From Myxococcota bacterium (GTDB taxonomy: Bacteria > Myxococcota_A > Polyangia > Nannocystales > Nannocystaceae), in assembly GCA_039028615.1 (NCBI GenBank), contig JBCCHT010000041.1, positions 32,001 through 96,000 of the forward strand: a DNA stretch of 64,000 nucleotides, written 5' to 3'. Of the stretch, positions 1 through 8,437 are shown piece by piece. Numbering within the stretch: the first letter of the stretch is position 1; the number at the start of each line of letters is the position of its first letter. Both the position numbers and the translations under genes were made by a program. The notes beneath the pieces were generated by a model. It had not been told where the DNA came from. It saw nothing but the letters and a program-made list of their open reading frames with translations, and searched no databases.

Positions 1-362
1 TCGCGCCAGTCCACGTACAGCGAGTCGTGGCACCCGGCGAGGAACATCAAGCGCTTGAAGGGCATGTGCGCGCGGATCATCAAGATCGCGAGCTCGCGGC
101 GCTGCGCATCGTCGAGCGCGTCGTCGAAGCGCCAGGTGCCGCGACCGTCGGGTGAAGTGCCCAGCATGACGAAGCCGTGCAGGTCCGGGTTGGCACGCGC
201 GACCGCGAGCAGCTCCTCGTCGACCTGGCTGGCTGCGACCCGCTCACGCAGAGCTTGGAGTCGATCTCGTCCCACGACGATGTGCTCGACCGGCGTCACG
301 ACCAACACCGCCCGCTTCCCGGTCGAGGTGTCCACCACCCGGGGTTCGATTTTCACGCTCAC
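1..362 (-). CDS. Hypothetical protein (3' end runs off window)
   Basis: Manually translated open frame from GTG at 362 (MSVKIEPRVVDTSTGKRAVLVVTPVEH...GCHDSLYVDWR), GC-rich third positions, AAGGA SD-like motif upstream. Confidence 0.6.
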   Translation of the reverse strand, partial: MSVKIEPRVVDTSTGKRAVLVVTPVEHIVVGRDRLQALRERVAASQVDEELLAVARANPDLHGFVMLGTSPDGRGTWRFDDALDDAQRRELAILMIRAHMPFKRLMFLAGCHDSLYVDWR

Positions 363-560
363 GCAATCCTTGCGATAGCACGGGTACCCGGCGGCATCGA
401 GGCGCCACGATCACCTGCGAATCATCGCAAAGACACGGCGCCTCAAACGCCTCGGTGGGGCCCCTACGAGCCTCTATCGTTGCGAATTCGCGGATATTCG
501 TTTCGAAGGGGAGAACGACGTCCATGTCGATTTTCGCCGTCCACCACAGGGTATCGGCAC

Positions 561-2117
561 TCACGGATCGGATAGCAACATGTCCACGACGAACATGTCC
601 GTCGCTCCCGAGTCGGCGACGAACACATCGTCCACGCCATCGCCATTGACGTCTCGAGCCCAGATGGCGGTGGGAATCGGATCGCTGATGCCGAGGCCAT
701 CGTAGAGCAGCTCCGTGGGCCCGAACACACCCGCGCCCAGGCCACGTGCCGTGTAGGCGGCGATCGTGGCCCCCGTGGGCAGCGTCCACAGCAGGTCGAG
801 GATCCCGTCGCCATCCACGTCGCCGAAGCCGGTGCGCTCGGGCAACGTGGCCGGAGAAGTCACCGTGACGGGGGGCTCGAAGGTGGCATCGCCCAGGCCG
901 AAGTGAAGGTCCAGCACGCCGCCGTCGTTGCAGACGAGGTCGACGACGTCGTCGCCGTCGAGGTCGCGCGCCGACATCTGCCCCGAGCAGTCGGGTGCCG
1001 CGACCTCCACGAACGTCCCCCCGGGTTGCCCGAGCCAGAGGCCCGCGCTGCCCCCCGCTTCGAGCCACAGATCGGTCAGCGCATCGCCATCGAACGCTCG
1101 CGCCAAGACGTCGCTCGGGTCCGAGGGCATCGGCGACGGCAAGGGCATGCCCAGTTGCCCCCCGCCGATGCCCGGCCAGACCTGCATGCCGATCGAGTCG
1201 TACGTGAGCACGTCCGGGAGGCCATCACCCGTGAACTCCCCGGTGACGGCATGCACGTCGGTGAACGGGGTGAACGGATGTGTGAAGGTCTCGTTGAAGT
1301 CGGTGTTCCCCAGGCTGGTCCAGATCTGCAGGTGAGGATGAAAACCGAGGAAGTCGTCGCGCATCTCGATGAACGCCAGATCCGTCCGGCCGTCGCCATC
1401 GAAGTCCTCGCCGTGCATCGAGCCCGGCTGCACCCCACCGCGCGCCCCGGGGGCGAGGATGGGATGCGTTGCGGCGTCGATCAGCCCGACCGTGGCGTCC
1501 CCCGTGTGCACGCCGATGTCCGCGATGATGGAGTTGTTGAACGTGCGGAGTGAGCCCTCGACGTAGTCGCCCACCCCATCGTCGTCGAAGTCGGCGTAGA
1601 CGAGCCCGGCGGGGCGCTGCCCCGGGCCCTCGAACACCATGGGGATCCGGGTAAAGCACAGCCCGGGCGGCTCGACGACCCCGTCGCCGCAGCTGGCGGG
1701 CCCGCCCCCTGTGCCCGTGCTCGAACCGGACGCGATACCTCCGTCGGAGTCCGACGCCCCCTCGTCCGTCCCCGACGACTCGCTCGCCGGACCGGTGCTG
1801 GACGAGCCATCGGTGCTCGAGCCGGAGGTCGTGAATCCGCCCGTCTCCGAGCTCGATGTGCCGCTCGTCGTCGACCCAGTCGTCGCGGGCGCTCCCGTCG
1901 AGGTCGACTCTCCGCTCCCCATCGAGCCCGATTCCGTGCCCTCCGAACCCACTTCCGACACAGTCTCGGCGGAGCCGCTCGTGGCCCCCGCGTCCGTGTC
2001 CTCGTCGTCGTCCGACTCCGGGGTGACGACGACGGTGATGCACCCACCCGCCAGCAACAACGAACCCAGACCCAGCACGCGAGCCACCTCGCGCGGGCCG
2101 GCAACCGCGACCGCCAT
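561..2117 (-). CDS. FG-GAP/VCBS repeat lipoprotein with Ser/Thr/Gly-rich linker
   Basis: Lipobox LLAGGC, acidic and S/T-rich linker, CGDGVVE motif, repeated DFDGDGxxD / DVDGDGILD / DVNGDGVDD motifs. Confidence 0.8.
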   Translation of the reverse strand: MAVAVAGPREVARVLGLGSLLLAGGCITVVVTPESDDDEDTDAGATSGSAETVSEVGSEGTESGSMGSGESTSTGAPATTGSTTSGTSSSETGGFTTSGSSTDGSSSTGPASESSGTDEGASDSDGGIASGSSTGTGGGPASCGDGVVEPPGLCFTRIPMVFEGPGQRPAGLVYADFDDDGVGDYVEGSLRTFNNSIIADIGVHTGDATVGLIDAATHPILAPGARGGVQPGSMHGEDFDGDGRTDLAFIEMRDDFLGFHPHLQIWTSLGNTDFNETFTHPFTPFTDVHAVTGEFTGDGLPDVLTYDSIGMQVWPGIGGGQLGMPLPSPMPSDPSDVLARAFDGDALTDLWLEAGGSAGLWLGQPGGTFVEVAAPDCSGQMSARDLDGDDVVDLVCNDGGVLDLHFGLGDATFEPPVTVTSPATLPERTGFGDVDGDGILDLLWTLPTGATIAAYTARGLGAGVFGPTELLYDGLGISDPIPTAIWARDVNGDGVDDVFVADSGATDMFVVDMLLSDP

Positions 2118-2184
2118 GCCCCATCCACGCTCAGCCGCGCGCTCGGTTTCCCCGCGGCGAGCGAGGCCGCGTCGCGGGTCCCGC

Positions 2185-2664
2185 TCAGGCGGGCGGAGGA
2201 AAGGTCTGGACGGCCGAGACGATCGCCTGGCGGATCGTGGCCGCGTTGGCGTAGTCGGGGCAGTAGCGCAGCGCCGGGTCGCGGGCCGACAACGCCCGGA
2301 AGCGACGCTCCTCGGGGCCGAAGTCGTAGCTGAGGATCACGGGACCGGTGTAGCCCGCCTCCCGAAGGCTCCGCAGCACGAAGAGCCCCTGGTTATCCTG
2401 CTGGAACCGCCGCGCTCGCGCGACGTCGCCGTTGAAGCGGGCCGCGAGCTCCACCAGGTTGCCGAGCAGGGCTTCCTCGGGCGTTCGATCGAAGCGCATG
2501 TCGAGATAGACCAAGTCGGGTCGACGCTCGGCCATCATCTGGCACGCCGCGCCTCCGCTCTGGGCCTGCCGATAGACGAAGCCGTCGGCGACGAAGGTCG
2601 ACAGGTTGGTCAGGTACTCGTTGCCGTCTTCGACGACGAGCACGTCGATGGGGCGCTGGTTCAC
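2185..2664 (-). CDS. Stand-alone atypical response regulator receiver protein
   Basis: VLVVEDG...PDLVYLDMRF...QGLFVLRSLR...PVILS receiver pattern. GTG start at 2664 overlaps the upstream stop (GTGA). Confidence 0.75.
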   Translation of the reverse strand: MNQRPIDVLVVEDGNEYLTNLSTFVADGFVYRQAQSGGAACQMMAERRPDLVYLDMRFDRTPEEALLGNLVELAARFNGDVARARRFQQDNQGLFVLRSLREAGYTGPVILSYDFGPEERRFRALSARDPALRYCPDYANAATIRQAIVSAVQTFPPPA

Positions 2665-5600
2665 GCGGCCTCCACGGCGGCACTGATCTCGTCTTCGACG
2701 GTAAAGAAACGCAGCACTACGGCCTTGCTCCACCCCGGGGCGGTCTCCACCGAGATGGCGCCATCATAGCGCGACAACAGGTCGACCGTGATCCCCATAC
2801 CGCGCTCGACATAACGACCACGCAACATCTCGTTGGACAGCTGCTCGGGTGAGCGATCCATCACACGAATGGCCAGCGATGCGAGCCCGGTGATTTCGTC
2901 GAGCTCCAGCTCGAGATCGATGCCGAGGCCGACCGGAGGCGTCGCATACTGCACGCTCGAGCGCAGCGAGTTGCGAATCACGTTAGCCAGAATGTCCTCG
3001 AAATCGGTACGAAAGATGCGGACGAGCCCCCCGTGCCCGGTACGCCGCAGCGGCGCCAGGCTGTGGCCCACGAACTGCTCCTCGCCCGTGACCTGATCGT
3101 AGATCTCTTGGACGAGGTCGTCGTCGATGTTCACCACGCACAGCTCGCGGATCATCCCCGACAGGTGCTCGAAGGCTTGCCGCCCCAGCACGTGCCCACT
3201 GCGACCGAGCACCTTGGCCAGCTCGAGCTTGCGACCCGACCGGAGTCGCTCGGGTCGCCGGAGCTGATCGGCCCGCGCCGCGAGGTCCTCGAACGCCTTG
3301 ATCATCGGGCGGAAGATGGGGTCCTTGCGATAGAGGTTGAGGGTCACCCGGTGTGCACGAGCGACCTGCTCGAGCTCTTCGAGGTAGCCGAGAAAGCGCC
3401 CGTAGATGCCGCCTGCGACGCGTCCACGGCGATCTCGGGTGTCGCGACGGCGGCGATCGTCGATGCCGCTGCCGTCGCCGAACATCCGCTGGGCCAACAC
3501 CGCCGCCCGCTGGTCGGCATCGGGTGCCTCGAACTCGAGGGCCCGCCCCACGTCGGCCAAAAATGCGGTGTTGTGCTTGAGGATCTCGTGGCGAATCAGG
3601 CTGAGGATCCGCGCCACTTCGGGGAAGCTCTTGGGATCGCGCTCGAGCAGCTGGGCGAGCGAGGCCCCTCGGTAGTGCCGATACAGCCGCCACGAGGGCA
3701 CGATGATGATGAGCGCGAGCACCAGGCCCGCCGCGAGGAAGAACTGGGTGAAGCGCTCGTCCATCTCGACCCGCAGCGCCTGGGCTCGATCCCAGTGCAG
3801 GTCGTAGTCCCCCGCTTCGTTGAGGTACAGGTCGAGCTCGCGCGAGGCCTCGATGGGCTGGTTGAGCGCCCACAACAGCTCGGCCAGGGTGAAGCGAGCG
3901 GTCAGGGAGCGCAGCTCGGCTGCACGCGCCAGGTGGGGAATGGCCTCGTCGGGCAGGTCTTCGCGCAGCAACAATCCGAGCCGCTCGTGGACCTCGGCTT
4001 GGTCCTCGCGCTTTTCGAGGCTCTGCTCCCAGTACTGCCGCGCGTCACCGCTGCGCTCCTGGGCGAACACCACCCGTGCCAGCTGGTTGAGCACCTCGGG
4101 CTCGTCGGGAAACTCGTCGCGGGCCCCCAGCAGGATCTTCTCGGCCTCGCCCCAGTCCTGGTGCTCGGTGCCGTGCAGATAGGCCATGTTGATGAGCTTC
4201 TGCAGCTTGGGGTCGAGCATCCGCAGCGAGTTTTCCGGGGGCGGCGGAATGGCGGGCAGCTCGTCGCGCCGGATCGCGCGCTCGAGCTCGGCCAGCGCCT
4301 GCTCGGCTCGCTGGAGATCGGGGTCCTCGGGGTCGGCCAGCTCCTGGAAGCGATCGTAGTGCTCGCGCGCCTTCTCGCGATCGGTGCGGGCGTAGAGCTC
4401 TCCGAGCAGCAAGTGCAGCCGATAGAGGTCGGGGCGCAGCCGCAGCGCGGCCACCAGGTGCTCGATGGCTCGCATGTCCTCGGCCCCCGCGAACTCCTTT
4501 TTGTAGATGAGCCCGAGGGTCATGTGGGCCTGGTAGTTCGAGCGATCCATGCCCACGGAGCGCTTGAGGTCCTCGACCGCGTTGAGCAGCCGACCCGTGC
4601 GCGCCAGCACGACCCCGCGCAGGTGATAGGCCCGCGGAAACCATCGCGAGGCCCCGATGGCGGAATCGAGCTCGGCCTCGGCCCGCTCGAGGTCGCCGGC
4701 TCGCAGCGCCGCCTCGCCCCGCAGATACGCGGCTTCGGCCGCCTCGCTCGGCACGAAACCGGTGGTCTTCTCGAGGTCGCGCAGGCTCAGCTCGAACTCG
4801 AGGTCGGCGATGATCTTGTCGACCCCCTTGGTCTCGGGCGCGGCGGGATGGCGCTCTTGCAGCTCGCGGTAGGCCTCGGCGGCCACGCCGAGGTCATCGA
4901 TCTGGCGCAGCAGGTCGGCGCGCAGGCGAAGCGGGCTCGGCAGCGGCTCTCGGCCCGCCCGTCGCGACTCCTCGCGGTAGCGATCGACCTCGGCCAGCGA
5001 CTCGGCCAGCAACAGCTCGCGCTCGCTGCCCTTGGTCTGCTCGGCGCTCTCGTACAGCAGCTGGGCAACCGTGGCGCGCACGTCATCGGGGCGCCACTGC
5101 GAGCCGGGCTTCTCTGCGGCGAGTTCCTTGGCCAGGGCCAGCCGCTCCTTGGCGTACTTGCGACCGCAAAGGCCCATCCACTCCAGCGCCACCTTGCGCT
5201 GCTCGACCCACAGGACCTTCGGGTCGTAGGTCGAAAGCGCGAGCAAATCCTTGAGGGCCCGCCGCGGGCATCGGCCCTTGGGGCTGCGAGCCTTGCTCGA
5301 CTCCGCTCGCCCCAGCAACGCCTCGGGGTCGCCGGGTTGCAGCTCGAGCGCCGCGGTGTACTCGCGAATGGCCTGCTCGTGTCGGTCCTTGCGAGAGGCG
5401 AGCTGAGCCGCCCGGATGTGCTGATCGAAGTAGCGCTTGCGGGCCTGAAGTTTTTCTTCTTCGGTGGGTTCCGGGTCCTCGCCCGAGCCACCCGCCTCGT
5501 CGGAGTCTTCGCCGTCGTCACCACCGCCCGAGGTGGTGCCGTCGTCGTCCTCGAGCCCGGGCAGCAGCGTACGCGGATCGGGAGCAGCCGAGACCGCGCC

Positions 5601-5699
5601 GACGCGGGTGCCGAGCCACAGCCCGAGACCCAGGCCGCCGAGCACCCGAAGCATCGAGCGCCGCGCCCCGCCGCGCAGCCATGGTCGCCAACCGGTCAT
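2661..5699 (-). CDS. TPR-repeat membrane protein with C-terminal histidine-kinase-like (H-box plus degenerate HATPase) region
   Basis: Signal peptide, many TPR-like repeats (e.g. AIREYTAALELQPGDPEALLGRA), one TM helix (FFLAAGLVLALIIIVPSW), RHEILKHN H-box-like, NVIRNS N-box-like, RGMGI G2-like. ATG at 5699 overlaps the upstream stop (ATGA). Confidence 0.75.
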   Translation of the reverse strand: MTGWRPWLRGGARRSMLRVLGGLGLGLWLGTRVGAVSAAPDPRTLLPGLEDDDGTTSGGGDDGEDSDEAGGSGEDPEPTEEEKLQARKRYFDQHIRAAQLASRKDRHEQAIREYTAALELQPGDPEALLGRAESSKARSPKGRCPRRALKDLLALSTYDPKVLWVEQRKVALEWMGLCGRKYAKERLALAKELAAEKPGSQWRPDDVRATVAQLLYESAEQTKGSERELLLAESLAEVDRYREESRRAGREPLPSPLRLRADLLRQIDDLGVAAEAYRELQERHPAAPETKGVDKIIADLEFELSLRDLEKTTGFVPSEAAEAAYLRGEAALRAGDLERAEAELDSAIGASRWFPRAYHLRGVVLARTGRLLNAVEDLKRSVGMDRSNYQAHMTLGLIYKKEFAGAEDMRAIEHLVAALRLRPDLYRLHLLLGELYARTDREKAREHYDRFQELADPEDPDLQRAEQALAELERAIRRDELPAIPPPPENSLRMLDPKLQKLINMAYLHGTEHQDWGEAEKILLGARDEFPDEPEVLNQLARVVFAQERSGDARQYWEQSLEKREDQAEVHERLGLLLREDLPDEAIPHLARAAELRSLTARFTLAELLWALNQPIEASRELDLYLNEAGDYDLHWDRAQALRVEMDERFTQFFLAAGLVLALIIIVPSWRLYRHYRGASLAQLLERDPKSFPEVARILSLIRHEILKHNTAFLADVGRALEFEAPDADQRAAVLAQRMFGDGSGIDDRRRRDTRDRRGRVAGGIYGRFLGYLEELEQVARAHRVTLNLYRKDPIFRPMIKAFEDLAARADQLRRPERLRSGRKLELAKVLGRSGHVLGRQAFEHLSGMIRELCVVNIDDDLVQEIYDQVTGEEQFVGHSLAPLRRTGHGGLVRIFRTDFEDILANVIRNSLRSSVQYATPPVGLGIDLELELDEITGLASLAIRVMDRSPEQLSNEMLRGRYVERGMGITVDLLSRYDGAISVETAPGWSKAVVLRFFTVEDEISAAVEAA

Positions 5700-7402
5700 C
5701 GTTTCGTGCGTCGCTTGAGTGTACGCAGCTTGATGCCCAGTTGGTTCATGCGCAGCTGCACCTTGCGCCCCGCGCCTGGATCGTCGAGCAGAGCTTCGGC
5801 CATACGCCCCAGTTCGCCCGAGTATTTCCGATACAGACCTTCGAGGTATTGGCGCTCGACCGCGCAGCTGACCGCGTTGAGCGACTCCCCCGTGGGCAAA
5901 TCGACCATCAAGCGCAGGCTGCCGTCCTCGGCCTCGACCACGCCCTCCAGCGCAGCCGGCGACGCGGTCTGCAGCGGCTGCATGGGTCGCAACAGCTCCC
6001 GCACGGTACGGGGCGGAATGGGGACCACGTCGGGGCGACTGGCCTGGCCCGGATCTTCGGGCTCGACCTGCTCCGCGCGATCGACCAGCTCGACCATGGT
6101 CAGCGCCAGCAGGTTCGAAAGCGTCATCTCGAGCTGACGGAAGTTGCCCGGCCACGGGAACTCGTGCAGCTGCTTGAAGCTACTGGGCTGGAGCAGCAGG
6201 TAGATCCGCCGCGGGTCGACGCGCGCGGGCACCTTGGCGCCGACGGTGATCGGCATGGTGTCGCCCTTGCCCGGCACGCGTAGGCCTCGCTGCTCGGCGT
6301 ACTGCACCAGCAGGTCGCGGTTGTAGGGATCGGCCGCCACGCGGTTGAGGAAGGTCCGCAGCAGCTCCTCGAAGTCGTCCCGACGCTCGCGCAAGCTCGG
6401 CAGGGTCAGCGCGGTCGCGGGGTTGAGCCGCATGTACAGGTCCTCGCGGAACTTGCCGTCGCGGACCATGGTGGGCAGGTCCTCGTTGGTCGCCACCACG
6501 ATCTTGACGTCGACCTGCCGCTCCTCGACCGAGCCCACCGGGTGATAGCGGCTGTCCTGCAGCACGGTGAGCAACGACTTCTGCACGTCGAGGCTCAGGT
6601 TGCCGATCTCGTCGAGGAACAGCGTGCCCTGGTGGGCGCGCGCGAGCACACCGTCGCGAGTCGCGGTGGCCCCCGTATACGCCCCCTTCACCACGCCGAA
6701 CAGGTGCGCGGCCATCAGGTCCCGGGGGATCGTGGACAGGTCCACCGCCACGAAGGGCCCGGTTCGCTGCGACCGTTCGTGGATGAACTCGCGGGCGAGC
6801 AGGGTCTTACCCGTGCCCGTCTCCCCCGCCAGGATGATCGGCAGGCGCCCGCGCGCGAGGATGGAGAGCCGCCGCCGCGTGGCCAGCATCGATGGCGTGG
6901 CGCCCCAGAAAAAGGGCTCGTCGCTAGGCTCCGACGGACGCTGCGTCCGCGCGAGGATGCCCTCGACCTGCAGCTTGAGCGCGCGCGCGTCGAGGTAGTC
7001 GTCGTCGAGCAGGTACGTGTAGTCCTGCGCGTTGAGCCGCTCGGCATCGACCTCGAGCGGCAGGTCGTCGCGCGAGGTCATCACGATGACCGGCAGGTCG
7101 GGGTAGGCCCGGCGCAGGTGATCGAGGATGTGCAGGCCCTGCCCCCGCCGCAGCCGCTCCATCGCCCGCTTGGGGTCGCCCTTGGCCAGCAGCGCGGCCT
7201 TGTCGTAGGGCAGCAGCTCGTCTTCGGGGATGTCGAAGTGGACGTCGAGCAGCACCAGGTCGACGCCGTCGCCGTGGCGCCCGAGCAATCCCACCGCCTC
7301 GCGATAATTGCGAGCGGGCGGCAGGAACACGTGCTCCGACATGAAGCGCTTGCACAGCTCGAGGTACTTGTCCTCGTCGTCGACGATCAGGATCGACGAC
7401 AT
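5696..7402 (-). CDS. Sigma-54-dependent transcriptional activator (receiver + AAA+ bEBP, NtrC-like)
   Basis: ILIVDDE and LLDVHF receiver, Walker A GETGTGKT, GAYTGA loop, Walker B LFLDEIG, FREDLYMRL, WPGNFRQL, C-terminal Fis-like helical region. Confidence 0.9.
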   Translation of the reverse strand: MSSILIVDDEDKYLELCKRFMSEHVFLPPARNYREAVGLLGRHGDGVDLVLLDVHFDIPEDELLPYDKAALLAKGDPKRAMERLRRGQGLHILDHLRRAYPDLPVIVMTSRDDLPLEVDAERLNAQDYTYLLDDDYLDARALKLQVEGILARTQRPSEPSDEPFFWGATPSMLATRRRLSILARGRLPIILAGETGTGKTLLAREFIHERSQRTGPFVAVDLSTIPRDLMAAHLFGVVKGAYTGATATRDGVLARAHQGTLFLDEIGNLSLDVQKSLLTVLQDSRYHPVGSVEERQVDVKIVVATNEDLPTMVRDGKFREDLYMRLNPATALTLPSLRERRDDFEELLRTFLNRVAADPYNRDLLVQYAEQRGLRVPGKGDTMPITVGAKVPARVDPRRIYLLLQPSSFKQLHEFPWPGNFRQLEMTLSNLLALTMVELVDRAEQVEPEDPGQASRPDVVPIPPRTVRELLRPMQPLQTASPAALEGVVEAEDGSLRLMVDLPTGESLNAVSCAVERQYLEGLYRKYSGELGRMAEALLDDPGAGRKVQLRMNQLGIKLRTLKRRTKR

Positions 7403-7408
7403 GGCGGA

Positions 7409-7804
7409 TCAGGCTCCTCGCAGCAAGCGACGGTGAAAGTCTCGGAGGGCGCGGCGAATGTCCTGCTGCGCCTGGCGGATCTCGGAGCGCGCCTCGGCCA
7501 GGCCGGCTCGATCTTCGGCACGCAGAGCGGCTTCATGGGAGCGCAGGACCTGCACCGCGTCTTCCACGACCACGAGCTCGGGCTCGGTCAGCGGCCGCGG
7601 CAACTCCTCGGTATGCGCCGCCCAGACCTCCCACGCGCTCTCGTCCCCCTCGGAGCGCGAGCGCGTGCGCAGGATGTCGGCGCGCAGGGCCTCGACGAAG
7701 GTGTCGTCGAGCGGACCCTCCCAAGCATCGTCCTCGAAGTTCGCCGACTGCCAGGCGACGTACTTGCCGAGGTCGTGCTTGAGGGCGGCCGCTCGCTCCA
7801 GCAT
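7409..7804 (-). CDS. Small helical hypothetical protein with H-box-like motif (possible phosphotransfer protein)
   Basis: 131 aa, predicted all-helical, AAALKHDLGKY resembles an HisKA H-box. Gaps to neighbours are 6 and 18 nt. Confidence 0.6.
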   Translation of the reverse strand: MLERAAALKHDLGKYVAWQSANFEDDAWEGPLDDTFVEALRADILRTRSRSEGDESAWEVWAAHTEELPRPLTEPELVVVEDAVQVLRSHEAALRAEDRAGLAEARSEIRQAQQDIRRALRDFHRRLLRGA

Positions 7805-7822
7805 GCGCTCCAGGGTCCGCGC

Positions 7823-8344
7823 TCAGGCGGACGCGATTTGGTACCGGGTGGCTCGCGCGCGACCGGTCGAGATGACCTTGCCCTCGTTCTTCATCCAGAC
7901 GAGGTAGTCGCGCAGCTCTTTGGTCTCGAGCTCGAGGCGCTTGGCGAGCTGACCGATGGTGAGCGGCTCGTCGGACATCGCATCGAGGATGCGACGATAG
8001 AGCTGAGCCTCGCGGCTCTCTTGACGGATGGGATCGGCGGCCGGAGCCACCACCCGCTTGCGCCCGCCCGCCGCGGCGACCACGGTGGGCGTGCTCGCGC
8101 CATTGCTCGGGGTCGACGCAATGGCGCGCTGCGGCAGCGACAGCGTGCCCCGAGAACGCAGGCCGCCGTCTTGAAGCGCCTGCGCCAGATCCCGCAGGCT
8201 GAGCGCTCGCACGGCATCGCCGGCGTCGCTGCTCAGCAGCTCTCGCAAGGTGGTCTCGGCGGGCATGCGGGCAACCGTGCCCATTGCGGCCTTGGCTTGG
8301 TTCTGTCGGAGGGCCGACTCGAACAGCTGAGCAATCTCGGTCAT
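7823..8344 (-). CDS. Winged-helix DNA-binding protein
   Basis: C-terminal RILDAMSDEPLTIGQLAKRLELETKELRDYLVWMKNEGKVISTGRARATRY is a typical wHTH, preceded by an N-terminal helical domain and a low-complexity linker. Confidence 0.75.
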   Translation of the reverse strand: MTEIAQLFESALRQNQAKAAMGTVARMPAETTLRELLSSDAGDAVRALSLRDLAQALQDGGLRSRGTLSLPQRAIASTPSNGASTPTVVAAAGGRKRVVAPAADPIRQESREAQLYRRILDAMSDEPLTIGQLAKRLELETKELRDYLVWMKNEGKVISTGRARATRYQIASA

Positions 8345-8370
8345 GGCTAGCGCACCTGGCGGGGAGTACC

Positions 8371-8386
8371 CGCAAATCGGGCGCCG
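8371..8386 (-). promoter_or_regulatory. Candidate sigma-54 (-24/-12) promoter for the 8344-2185 cluster
   Basis: Minus strand reads CGGCGC-CCGAT-TTGCG (GG-N10-GC with TTGC), 26 nt upstream of the ATG at 8344. Consensus is TGGCAC-N5-TTGCW. Confidence 0.4.
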
Positions 8387-8437
8387 GGGACTATGCCACC
8401 TGGGCCCGGGGGCGTCCAGGCGACGCGCGTGGCGACA

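Noticed and set aside
3033..6137. 1034-aa plus-strand ORF and similar long antisense ORFs (e.g. 6542-8350, 25967-28081, 58148-61081)
   Set aside because: Shadow frames opposite well-supported genes, expected from high GC3 codon bias; no recognisable motifs.
5700..6155. N-terminal extension of the TPR kinase-like ORF
   Set aside because: Overlaps the bEBP gene in another frame; the ATGA overlap at 5699 and the signal peptide define the real start.
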